Shown: piece by piece, positions 1-10,399 of the stretch
Layout of the letters: every line of letters begins with the position of its first letter
How positions within the stretch are numbered: position 1 is the stretch's first letter
Origin: Craspedostauros australis
Lineage: Eukaryota
Assembly (NCBI GenBank): GCA_030167865.1
Contig: JALAGF010004161.1
Location: 62,001-124,363, forward strand
Direction: 5' to 3'
Length of the DNA: 62,363 bases
Position numbers and translations under genes: made by a program
Notes under the pieces: generated by a model
What the model was told of the DNA's origin: nothing
Seen by the model: only the letters and a program-made list of their open reading frames with translations
Database searches by the model: none

Positions 1-2
1 AG

Positions 3-2306
3 AACTTTAGGCTCAAAGAATTCCGAGAGTCCCAGCGTGCCATCATCGACGCAACACTGTCGCAACGTGATGTATTCGTCGTCATGAGAACGGGTGGCGG
101 GAAATCGCTGACGTACCAACTGCCTGCGTTGTTGGAAGCGCGGTGCCAGATCGAGACGCCACCTCTTCGGTACCAAACGAAGCCGCCACCGCAGGTCACC
201 TTCGTGGTGTCGCCGCTCCTGTCCTTGATCCATGATCAGGTGGAGCAGATGAACCAGTTTGCGCCGAATTCGGCGATCTCATTCACGTCCGACCTGAAGG
301 GTGGGGCAGCCGAACACACCAGGCGTTGGAACCTCATTCGCGATCCGACCAAATCCGTGTGCCTGGTCTTCGTCACACCTGAGCGCATCGTCGCCAGCAA
401 CAGGTTGCAGAGAGAATTGCAAAAATTGCACGACGCCAACCGATTGGGACGCTTCGTGATTGACGAATGCCACTGCGCCAGCCAGTGGGGGCATGACTTC
501 CGACCCGATTACACCAAGCTGGGAATACTGAGGCAGCAGTTCCGTGACGTTCCCATCCTCGCCGTCACCGCCACAGCGTCAGAAGAGGTGCGCCAGGATG
601 TCACCAAGATCTTGCAACTGGCTCCGAATCACAAATTCATCCGAACCACAGCGAATCGCCCCAACCTGACCTATTCCATTCGCTCCAAGGACGGATCAGC
701 CAAGGCCACCATCGAAGACATGGTCAGCTTCATCAAGAAACATCACAACAAGGAGGCAGGAATCATCTACACGCACTCCAAGAAGGACGCGAACAATGTC
801 TCCGACAAGCTCAACGACTACGGCATCTCCGCAGAGGCGTACCACAGTGACGTCGCCGCAGATGACAAGGCGTTCATCCATTCCAGCTGGATGAAGAATG
901 AAACGCAGGTCGTGGTGGCAACCATCGCCTTCGGGTTGGGAATCAACAAGCCCGACGTGCGCTTTGTGCTGCATCACAGCATCTCCAAAACGCTGGAGGG
1001 ATATTACCAGGAAAGCGGCAGGGCCGGTCGGGACGGACTTCCCGCAGATTGCGTGCTCTACTACAGCCCAAAGGACATCACGAAGATGATCAGCATGATC
1101 AGCAACAACACCAATGCCGAGAGGAACCGAAATCTGTTTTGGAAGATGGCCAAGTACGCGCAGAACTGCGGCGACGACGAGCTGTGCCGTGCCACGATCT
1201 TGAATCATCTGAAGGACGCCAACGGTGCGCGGGTCCGGCGAGCTCAAGATCGCAACCCAAACGTGGAAACGAGACAAATCGGATCGCACGTGCAGACTGT
1301 CGTCCGGCTGCTGTACACAAAGCAGGAGGAGGGATCCCCGCTGACACTGGTGATGCTTGTCCAGAAATGGCGCGCGAAGCCTGCAAATGCGGATCCTCTT
1401 GTGCAGAGGAATCCTCCCAACAAAGACCTCACGACGACGGAATGCGAACGCATTGTGGCCGCGTTGCTCATCAAGGGTGTCTTCAAGACGAAGGTTGTCA
1501 CAAACAAGCACGGCTCCATCGTGTACTTGGAATGCCAAGAGGATAGCATCGATTACCTCCACTTCATGTCAGCGGAAAATCCATCATTCTCCATGCAGCT
1601 GCCGAAAAAAGAGTATTTGGCATCAATGCAAAGCGCAAGTGCCTCCCCGAAAGTAGCAAGGCGACGGACGACAAAAGCAGCAAAGGTGTCGGGAAGACGC
1701 GCGAAGAAAACAACTGCAGCCAAAAAGAAGCCAGCACGTCGCAAGAAGGCTGCACCGAAGAAACGCCGAGCATCATCGTCATCTACTTCTTCCTCCAAAC
1801 GCACCCCTGCAAAGCGGGCGAGAAGAACTTCGGTTCCAACAAAACGTGCAGCACCGGCAAAAGCAGCAGCAGCAGCAGCAAGCAAGAAGCCAACGGCGAA
1901 GCCAAGTCATGCGCCGGCCACGGAGGTCATCGACATTGAGTCATCGTCGGATGACGACGACGACGATAGCGATCAGTTCGAAGACGATAAAAGAATGCAG
2001 GATCTCCTCATGTTCAATAATGAGTCCGATTCCGACGGCGACTACAGCGATGATGGCCAGGACGACGACGATGACGATGACGATCATGATTATGGCGGTA
2101 TTGGTTGCAAGATTGACGAGAACAACAACGATGATGGTGACGTTGACGACGAGATCTTGAGCGTCTCATCTGTACAGCAAGTGGCTGCTTCTCCAACCAG
2201 TCAACGCCGCAGACGGTCCCCTCGAAAACCGAGAGCAGAAACCTTGACTGTTGACGGGGAAGAATCGATCTCAGATAACGACTCGGGCATTGAGATTGTT
2301 GATTGA
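3..2306 (+). CDS. RecQ-family ATP-dependent DNA helicase (RECQL1-like), 5'-truncated by the window edge
   Basis: Frame is open from nt 3 (NFRLKEFRESQRAIIDATLSQRDVFVVMRTGGGKS). Contains Walker A, DECH followed by the aromatic loop SQWGHDFRPDY, TATA, ATIAFGLGINKPDVRFV and YYQESGRAGRDG. A winged-helix-like RQC region follows, then basic and acidic tails. Confidence 0.96.
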   Translation, partial: NFRLKEFRESQRAIIDATLSQRDVFVVMRTGGGKSLTYQLPALLEARCQIETPPLRYQTKPPPQVTFVVSPLLSLIHDQVEQMNQFAPNSAISFTSDLKGGAAEHTRRWNLIRDPTKSVCLVFVTPERIVASNRLQRELQKLHDANRLGRFVIDECHCASQWGHDFRPDYTKLGILRQQFRDVPILAVTATASEEVRQDVTKILQLAPNHKFIRTTANRPNLTYSIRSKDGSAKATIEDMVSFIKKHHNKEAGIIYTHSKKDANNVSDKLNDYGISAEAYHSDVAADDKAFIHSSWMKNETQVVVATIAFGLGINKPDVRFVLHHSISKTLEGYYQESGRAGRDGLPADCVLYYSPKDITKMISMISNNTNAERNRNLFWKMAKYAQNCGDDELCRATILNHLKDANGARVRRAQDRNPNVETRQIGSHVQTVVRLLYTKQEEGSPLTLVMLVQKWRAKPANADPLVQRNPPNKDLTTTECERIVAALLIKGVFKTKVVTNKHGSIVYLECQEDSIDYLHFMSAENPSFSMQLPKKEYLASMQSASASPKVARRRTTKAAKVSGRRAKKTTAAKKKPARRKKAAPKKRRASSSSTSSSKRTPAKRARRTSVPTKRAAPAKAAAAAASKKPTAKPSHAPATEVIDIESSSDDDDDDSDQFEDDKRMQDLLMFNNESDSDGDYSDDGQDDDDDDDDHDYGGIGCKIDENNNDDGDVDDEILSVSSVQQVAASPTSQRRRRSPRKPRAETLTVDGEESISDNDSGIEIVD

Positions 2307-2527
2307 TGTAGATTGCTCTGATTGATGAACTCAGATTGATGAAGTCTGAGTGCTTCGTGTCCATCTGCGACACAGGATAACTCAGTACTCGTAGACTACT
2401 GCTGCAGAGGCCCAGTGACTTGGATGCATGATGAAGTACTCGTACGACCCAGGCAACGCAGAATTGTGCGCACTCGTGCGAGTGTACGTGGAGTGTTACC
2501 AGCAATTCTACCTTGCGGATTATTTTA

Positions 2528-5500
2528 CTAGTTGAGACCGCGGTTCACAATCTCGAACAGGTCCTTGCTGATCGCGTCCATACTGGCGAGCTCCTCCAAG
2601 TTTTTCTTCATCTGCAATCCCCGCTCCTCGTCGTACTTGCGCCACGAGATGAGGGAACCGGCCATGCGGCTGGAAATTTGCGGGTTGAGCGCATCCAGCT
2701 CCTTGAGCACGTCGGTGAGGAATTGGTATCCCGCGCCCGACTCGTCGTGGAAATGCGGCGTGCTCATCGTGAAGGCACCGACCAAGGCTCGGCAGCGGTT
2801 CGGGTTCTTCAAAGTGAAGTCCGGATGCTCCTTGAGCTTCTTGACGCGTTCGAGGGCGTCCGGGAGGTCGGCCATGGCCTGGATGGAGAACCACTTGTTG
2901 AGGACCAGCATGTCACCATCGGCGTCATCGTAGAATGTTTGCAGGGCGGTGTCACGGGCGGCCGCGCCTTCCCCGTCCATAGAGGCCAACGCGGACAGCG
3001 CTGCGACCTTATCTGTCATGCCGGTGGCCGCATCGAAGTGCTTCGTGGCGATGGCGGCTGCGGCGATCTGTTCCTCCGGCGTTTCGCGGATGGAGCAAAG
3101 GTACTCGAGCAGCACGTTGCGGAGACGTCGCTTGCCGATGGATTCGGCATCGACCTTGAAGTCTTCGCCTTCCATGGAAGCCGCCAGCTCATCGTAGCGC
3201 TCCTGCAGCTCGGTTTGGAATTCGCGTGCCAGTGCCTTCTTGACATTTCCGCGGGCCTTGTAGATGCCGATTGGATCGACGACGTCGACGAGTTCCGCGA
3301 GAGTGTCTGTCGATGGCAGGATCAGAGCGTAGGCGATGATGGAGTAGTCGGTGGATTCCTTGTCAGCCAAGGTGCGTCCGAAAGCTTCCTTGACGTAGTT
3401 GTAGGTGGTGTCGGATTGTTCGCCTTCCTGGTTCTCGAAAATGAGCGTGGTGTAAAGCTTCTGGCCTGCCTCCCATCGGTTGAATCCATCCGTGTCATGA
3501 GCGGCGAGGAAGGCAAGGTCTTCGTTGCTATCTTCACCAGCGGCTGGAACGAGCTTGATGGGTGCGGAGAATTCGCGCAGCATGGATGGCACGACGTCGC
3601 CGTCCAAATCTGGGAATTCGAATGTCTGAGTCAACTCCTTCAGCTCGAGGACCTTCGTTGGCACGACTTCCTTCATGGTGGTCTTGTCCAGCAGTCCAAC
3701 GGAGATCGGGATGTGCAGAGGCTTCTCGTTGGTGCTTTTCTGCGTCAAGGTGAGGACGGCCTTCTTGGCATCGGCGTCGTACTTGAAATCGTGCGTGACA
3801 GTCGGCGTGCCGTTGGTGGAGTACCACAGCGAGAATTGGCTGAGGTCGACGTCGTTGGCATCGGCCATGGCGGCGAGGAAGTCGTCGCACGTGACGCCCG
3901 TTCCATCGTGACGCTCGAAATACAGATCCATGCCCTTGCGGAAACCGTCCACGCCGAGCAGGGTCTGGTACATGCGGATGATCTCGGCGCCCTTGCTGTA
4001 GACGGTGGCCGTGTAGAAGTTGTCCATGGAGATGTAGCTGTCGGGACGGATGGGATGCGACATGGGGCTGGCGTCCTCAGCGAATTGGCGACCGCGCAGA
4101 CCGCGCACGTTGCCGATGCGGTTGACTGGCTTGGAGTTCATGTCGCCGCTGAATTCTTGGTCGCGGAAGACGGTCAATCCCTCCTTGAGGGTGAGCTGGA
4201 ACCAGTCGCGGCATGTGACGCGGTTGCCGGTCCAGTTGTGGAAGTACTCGTGGCCGATGACACCCTCCACGCGCTCAAAGTCGCTGTCTGTGGCGGTGGC
4301 GCGGTCTGCCAGAACGTAGGCAGTGTTGAAGACGTTGAGTCCCTGGTGGTTGAGTGTTTGTCGTGTTCATAATGTTGCAGCGGATATGTGGAGTAGAGTA
4401 CGGTAGAGGATGTGATGGTGAATATTCTTGGTCAGAACAAGATGGTTTTCACCCGACGCGTCAATCGGACGTGGTGAATCTTCTGGTGTCACAACGAGTT
4501 CATGCTCTCACAAATTCGTTCAACGCAATTACAGCACATGGCACAACTCATATAAATCAATCCAAATCAAATCAAACCCAACCCAACAACTCACCTTGTT
4601 CTCCATGGCACCCATGTTGAAGGAATCGACAGCGACAATGTTGTAGAGATCCAAATCGTACTCCAACCCGAACTTATCCTCATCCCACTTCATGGAACGC
4701 TTGAGCGACTCCATGGCGTAATCGAGCTTGCCAACATTCTCCTTTTCGGAAAAGACCTCGAGCTTGACTTCGCGGCCGCTGGTCGTCGTGTAGGTATCGG
4801 CGATGCTGCCGAGATTTCCCGCGACGCAGCAGAAGAGGTAGGACGGCTTGGGGAATGGATCCGTCCAGATGGCATAGTGGCGGTTTTCCTCGTCAGCGTC
4901 ACCCTCCTCGACCATGTTGCCGTTGGCCAGCAGGATGGGGTAGTCGTCCTTGTCGGCCTCCAAACGCACGCGTTCGAAGATGGCCATGTTGTCGGGACGG
5001 TCGGGGTAGTAGGTGATGCGACGGAATCCCATGGCCTCGCATTGCGTGCAGTACATGGGTCCGGATTTGTAGAGTCCGCTGAGCTTCGTGTTATCCTCCG
5101 GTACGATCTCCGCCACCGTCGTGAGGACCGAACCGGATGGAGGCGATTTGACAATGAGCTTGCCGGGTTCCAAAGTGTAGTCCTTGCCCAACTCCAACGG
5201 CTTGCCGTCGAGACTGATGGCCATGAGCTTGACGGAAGTCTCGTCTCCATCCAGGACAAGATCCGTGTCCTTGGCATCTGCGACGGCCGGGTTGGCCTCG
5301 ATGAACAACTCGGACGTGACGGTGGTCTTGCCATCGCGGATGTTGAAGTCCATGTTGATCTTCGTCACGAGGTTTGGCAGCGGCTCGTAGTCCTTGCGGA
5401 AGATCTCCACGGGTGCGGCGGCCGCTTCCTCAGCGACAGCAGAATTCAGCACCGTCGACGACGATCCTCCGCGCATGCTGGCAATGCCCCAGGCCGCCGA

Positions 5501-5710
5501 TCGCTGTGGGCTGGATCCTCTCATGGTGGCTGCTGCGGCTGCGGCCAACGAGAAGTCCCGCTTGGCAAAGCTGATGCGGGATCTCGCGATTCCGGAGAAG
5601 GCATTGCGCGAGCGTGAGTCAGCTGGCGCTGAGAACGCATTCGATGTTGTGGACAAGGCATCTTGCGCTGTCAGCAGGAACAGGGAGGCTGCTCGTGATC
5701 CGATCTTCAT
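2528..5710 (-). CDS. pepN: Aminopeptidase N (M1 family, PepN-type), probably plastid-targeted; exons 5710-4595 and 4342-2528
   Basis: GAMENK|GLNVFN joined across a GT-AG intron (4594-4343). Zinc motif HEYFHNWTGNRVT...KEG and PepN C-terminal motifs (NPNRCRAL, LNPQISSR). N-terminus MKIGSRAASLFLLT...SNAF-SAP resembles a bipartite presequence. Confidence 0.96.
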
Positions 5711-5828
5711 GCTGCTCCTACCGTTTGTTATTGTTATTGTTATTGTTATTGTTGCCGAAGCTTGGATGAATGGTATTCTTCTCTTGTCGAATCCTTTCGG
5801 GATGATTGCAAGTTATGATTGCGAGTTG

Positions 5829-5872
5829 TGATCACATCCAGATCATGTCAAGATCATGCAAAGATCATGTCA
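5829..5872. repeat. 11-bp tandem repeat (AGATCATG[TC][CA]A x3 plus a degenerate fourth copy) upstream of pepN
   Basis: tgatcacatcc agatcatgtca agatcatgcaa agatcatgtca, read directly from the sequence. Confidence 0.8.
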
Positions 5873-6332
5873 AGAGAGCAAGGAAGGAGACACCAGATCA
5901 ATGACTCAATGCCGCAGCTCGTGCGGATCGGGAACGATCTTCACTGTCGCGTTTCTGCAAGGATCTTCTGCCTGCGTCACAGCAATCAACATCACGATCG
6001 AGCCTTTCTCAGTACTCCAAACACAATAGTATACATTTATTATATATTTGACGCACCCTACGGTATTTCAACTTTCATGATTTGCTTTTCGAATCTCATC
6101 AGTTGGAAACCTATTTCGTGTTTCTGAATGTGCATTTCGCTCATTTCTGTTTCTGCGAACGCTTGTTTGAATTCATCGTAGACTATCCATACCCCAACCG
6201 CATTTCTATTCTGCAATGAATCAAAGTACTATCACATAATTTAACACATTAGTACACTCTACAGTATATTGTGATGGCTTGCACCAACCGATGAATCCAA
6301 TTCAGTCGGAACAGAGGTTGGAGACAGCAGGC

Positions 6333-9300
6333 TTATGGAGCGGCAGCGCATGCCTCCTCGAATGTTCGTTCGGTGCCAGGCAGCGGCAGCGGCTTGGGGT
6401 AACCGTACTGCTGATGGCATCTGCACATCACGGGCCTGCTCATGGATCCGCACTTGTAAGCGAGCTCGCACGTCGTGCGATCGAATATATGGCACCCAAG
6501 GAGGTCGTTGCTGTCGGCGGTGCAACGGATCGGCTGGATGCTGTCAACGGGATCATCGAAGCGGGCGACGAAGTCTCGATCAGGTATCACATTCAATGTG
6601 TACTTGTTCATGGCTTGTTCCCGGACGGGCGGATCCAGCGACCTTCCGATCATCAGCGCGTTCGGTGCCGAGATCGCGATGGCTGGCACCTCGGCCTGCG
6701 ATCCGCTGATGATCGAGATGGCGCCGCCCATGCTGTGGCCCGTCACGTACACCTGTTCGTAGCGTCCGCTGTCCTTCAGCTCCTTCAGGAACGGCGTGAC
6801 CACCCTGTAGAATTCCAAATGCTTCGATCCTCCGGTTTCAAAATTGCTCAGGATCAGCATGAATTCTGTTCGTTGGTGATAATGAAGTGCAAAGCATTGG
6901 AATGTCGAGTACATGGAGGAGAGTACACAATGGTGGTAAAGAAAGACAGTGTGAGCTGGATCGGAGCAGGCGCAGACAGTTGATATCTGCGGACGCAATC
7001 AATCGGGTCCGCCAATCAACAAGGCACGCGACCGCGCACTTACCATCCAAGATAGGCGTCCAAAGTTCGCGGAAGGGCAGCATGAAGCGGATGATCTTCG
7101 TCACGGTGATCGCAGCCCAAGTCTGAAAGCACGCCACGAAATCGAGGTTGTAATGAGTGCCTCGGACCACGACGATGGCGACGTTGTGGCTTTCCACTTC
7201 GATCAGCTTGAAGTTGACTGCCGAGGCCTCGTATCCGTGACGCTCTCGAAAATCTTGCACTGCGTCCTCGTTGTCCTTGGCTTGGTGATTGCCAATGAAC
7301 CACCTATCCAGTTCGGGCTGGGTGTATTCGGGGGTGTTGTAGCTGAGTGACGAAAGGAATCTGATACCGCCAACGGTCCGGGTGAAGCAAAGTTGATGAG
7401 GTGATGAGGCAAGGCGGAAAGAAGTGTTGAACGAACAAACAAACAATTTAGAATTGAATGGAATGGACAAGCAAATGGAATGGAGTTGATTGGAATGGAC
7501 ACACGCTTGCAGGACAGGGAAACTTACGAAAAATCTGCCAGGTACAGGGAGTTGAGCTCCGGGTTTCGGTTGCTGAACATGCTGTGGATGTCATGGTTGC
7601 CATCCTTGACTTCGCACTGCTGGTACCTCTCATTGCCCGGGACACCGGGGTAGTAAAAATCGGGGAGGAAGTCCATCGTCTCTTCATCCTTCGATTCGAA
7701 GTTGTTGATGCCGATGGCCAAGATGAATTGGGAGATGACGAGAGCGCAGATGAACGACAGCACCAAAGCAAAGAGTCGGCGCTGACGGCGCAGCGTCAGG
7801 GAACCGAAGCTTGTCGTGTTCTGCATGCTCATGAGATGCGATTGGAGCTGCGCGGGGGATTGCTGCTGAGCTGAAGCAAGAGCATCCGAAGGGCCGTTGT
7901 GGCCATCGCTGGTCTCCACGTGGCCTGTTGCCAGAATGCTGTGCGCGCGAGCTGTTTCGTTCTTGATGACGCAAGGATCGATATGCCGATGGACTGTTGT
8001 GGCCAGTGTGGTGAGGGCGAAGAAGGTCACAACGGGCCAATCGGAGAGGTAGACAAGCGTGATCAGCGGATAAATGAAGAAAGTGATCTGCTCCAGCACG
8101 AAGATCAACCAGCACATCCGAGGCGTCGACTCGGTGATTCTGCCGTGAGTGGACACAACAAAGAACCTGTGTGTGTGGGCGTAGATTGTCCACGAAAAGC
8201 GTGTGTTAGCGTTGACGATGAAATGGCAAATCGTGAGACGTTGAGTGAGTACGCGAGTGGGGAGAGGACGAGAGATGCAAAGAAACGCCGAATCGATGCA
8301 CACCTGCCTTACCTTGTGCTATCGTGAACATCGGAAATGTTGATGAGCTTGACTCCTTTGTCTTCGGAAACTTCGAGCAATGCATCCGCTGGTTTGTCTG
8401 GGAATGCAGCAAGCTGCCGCTTCCGTGGTGGCATTTGCGGAGATGCTGCGTCGTTCTCGTCAGCTTCTTCTGTGGAACCATCGACATTCAAAGACACGCT
8501 GCTGTCGTCGCTGTCGCTCTGGCTGTCGCCATAGCTTCCTGCGTCGCTGAACGATTCGTGCAATTCGATGATGTAGTCCATCGCGATGTCCCGCTCCGTA
8601 CCATTCTGTCCTCTGTTGGTGTCGGCGCCGAGATCGCCGCCGTATCCAAGCTCGCCGTCGGATGACATATGATAGCGTCGCTCTTCCTCGTTCATCACGT
8701 TGATCATTGTGTTAAACAGCCCGAGGCTGTACCTCGCCTTGCGGATCATGGCGATAATGAAGAAGATACTGCCGATGGCCAGGAAGCTGCCAGGCATCTC
8801 CATCCAGACGCAGAAGGCCAGGATGGAGGTGTAGAGGAGGATGGGACCGAGGAAGGAATAGATGATGGAATGCCTCATCTGCGCCCGTGCGATGGGGTTG
8901 TACCCGCTCACGATCATGTCGATGCGATCGCATGAGCTTGGCACCATCGGTACGCCCTCTGGCTTGTCAGCATCGGTGGATGCGTGGTCTTCGGTCGACG
9001 TCGACTCGGCCAGCTCCGGCAAGGAGCCAATGCTGATTGTGGAGGCATTCGTCGCGGAGAGGTTGGGCGCCTTGGCTCCATCCATCGACTTTCTCGTTGC
9101 CAACTGTCCATGCGGATCCGAGCCGTGGGTTGATTGGTGGGTTGCGCTTGCACTGCTGGTGGTGCTGTTGATCCCGGCGACTTGCGCTACCTTGTCGAAC
9201 AGGCCCAACCTCGCAAGAAGCTGGGATTGCGTGATCCTGGCCCACACATCGAAGAGAACATGCTGTTGCTTCGTGCATGAGACGATGGAGTACTCGGATG

Positions 9301-10399
9301 GAGACTGTCGGGCTGCTGCTTCGACATCATCGAGCGAGGCTGTTTCGCATTTGATGACGGTGCATTGAAGCTGTGCCCCGCTGTACTTGCTGCGTTTGTG
9401 CAGGTAGATGCACTTGTGGATGGTTCGCATCCACCGTGCCGCTGACGAAGCCTTGTTGTCCGTCGCACCGTTTCTCCCTGAAGATAGTCCGCCAACATCT
9501 GACCGGCCGAGCATGGAGCTGACCCTTGTGGCATCCGTCCGCAGGCGGTGTGCGACAAAGAGGACGAAGCAAAGATTGATCCATCCGAAATGGAACAACG
9601 TGGACACAGTCCACCAGTTGTCGACGCGGAAGAGGAGCACGAGGCAAAACACCACGACGGGCGTGATGGTGAAGACGCTCAGTGGAAGGTGCTGCTTGAA
9701 CTTGACGATTGGGATGCGCGGTCTGCTGTGCAGAGCTTCCATCCTGAACATGTCGTCAGAATCATCGCTGCTGTTGCTGTGGTCCTGTGGATTATGATCA
9801 TGTTGACACTCGTGAAGACTATGATGATGATGATGATGATGGCTGCTGTTGCTGAAGTTGGTGCTAGCGGCAGTGTGCGTGGTGTTGGCGTTGATGCCGT
9901 GGCGACTGTTCTTTGTGCCCAACTTTTCTTCGTCGTGTTGAGGGAAGAGGCTGGAGCTGCCGTTGGAGTAGGTGAGTCTGTGAGTAGCGACCGATACCCT
10001 TTTCGGTCGTTTGTGCTTCACCACAGACTCACGAAATGATGAAGTGCCAGGCTTTCGTGGCACCGTCGGGTTGTTGTCGCCGCCGCTCTTCATGTCCAGG
10101 TCCGTCGTTCCCGAGTGGTCGAAGGAACGGAAGAGCATCGATGAAAACTGCGACGCCATGACCATCGCTACCGATGAGTTGTCCACCAACGTGACGAAGG
10201 CAAGGAAACATCCCACGATGATGAAGTAGTTGGGGCTTGACGATTGTGAGTCGTCATCCGCAGCATCATTGCCCATGCCGATGAAGTTGGATGCAGCCGA
10301 AAAGGCGAGGATGGGAATGTGGCAGAACGTTGCGAACAGCATGCCCATCCAGAAGAGGGACAGGATGGCATGCACCTGTGTGATGATGCGGAGATTCAT
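6333..10399 (-). CDS. Multi-pass membrane protein with C-terminal class-3 lipase domain; exons 10399-8313, 8166-7528, 7360-7044, 6865-6333
   Basis: Three phase-compatible GT-AG introns link the ORF pieces. Lipase_3 motifs: IVVVRGT, VYVTGHSMGG (nucleophile), PDRDFV (Asp) and GCHIF (His). Many hydrophobic segments lie upstream. Confidence 0.82.

Noticed and set aside
2513..4372. 619-aa + strand ORF, and similar long antisense or alternate-frame ORFs (e.g. 42023-43000, 47306-48577, 49209-50312, 29265-30428)
   Set aside because: They overlap well-supported genes and are shadows of GC3-rich codon usage, with no recognisable motifs.
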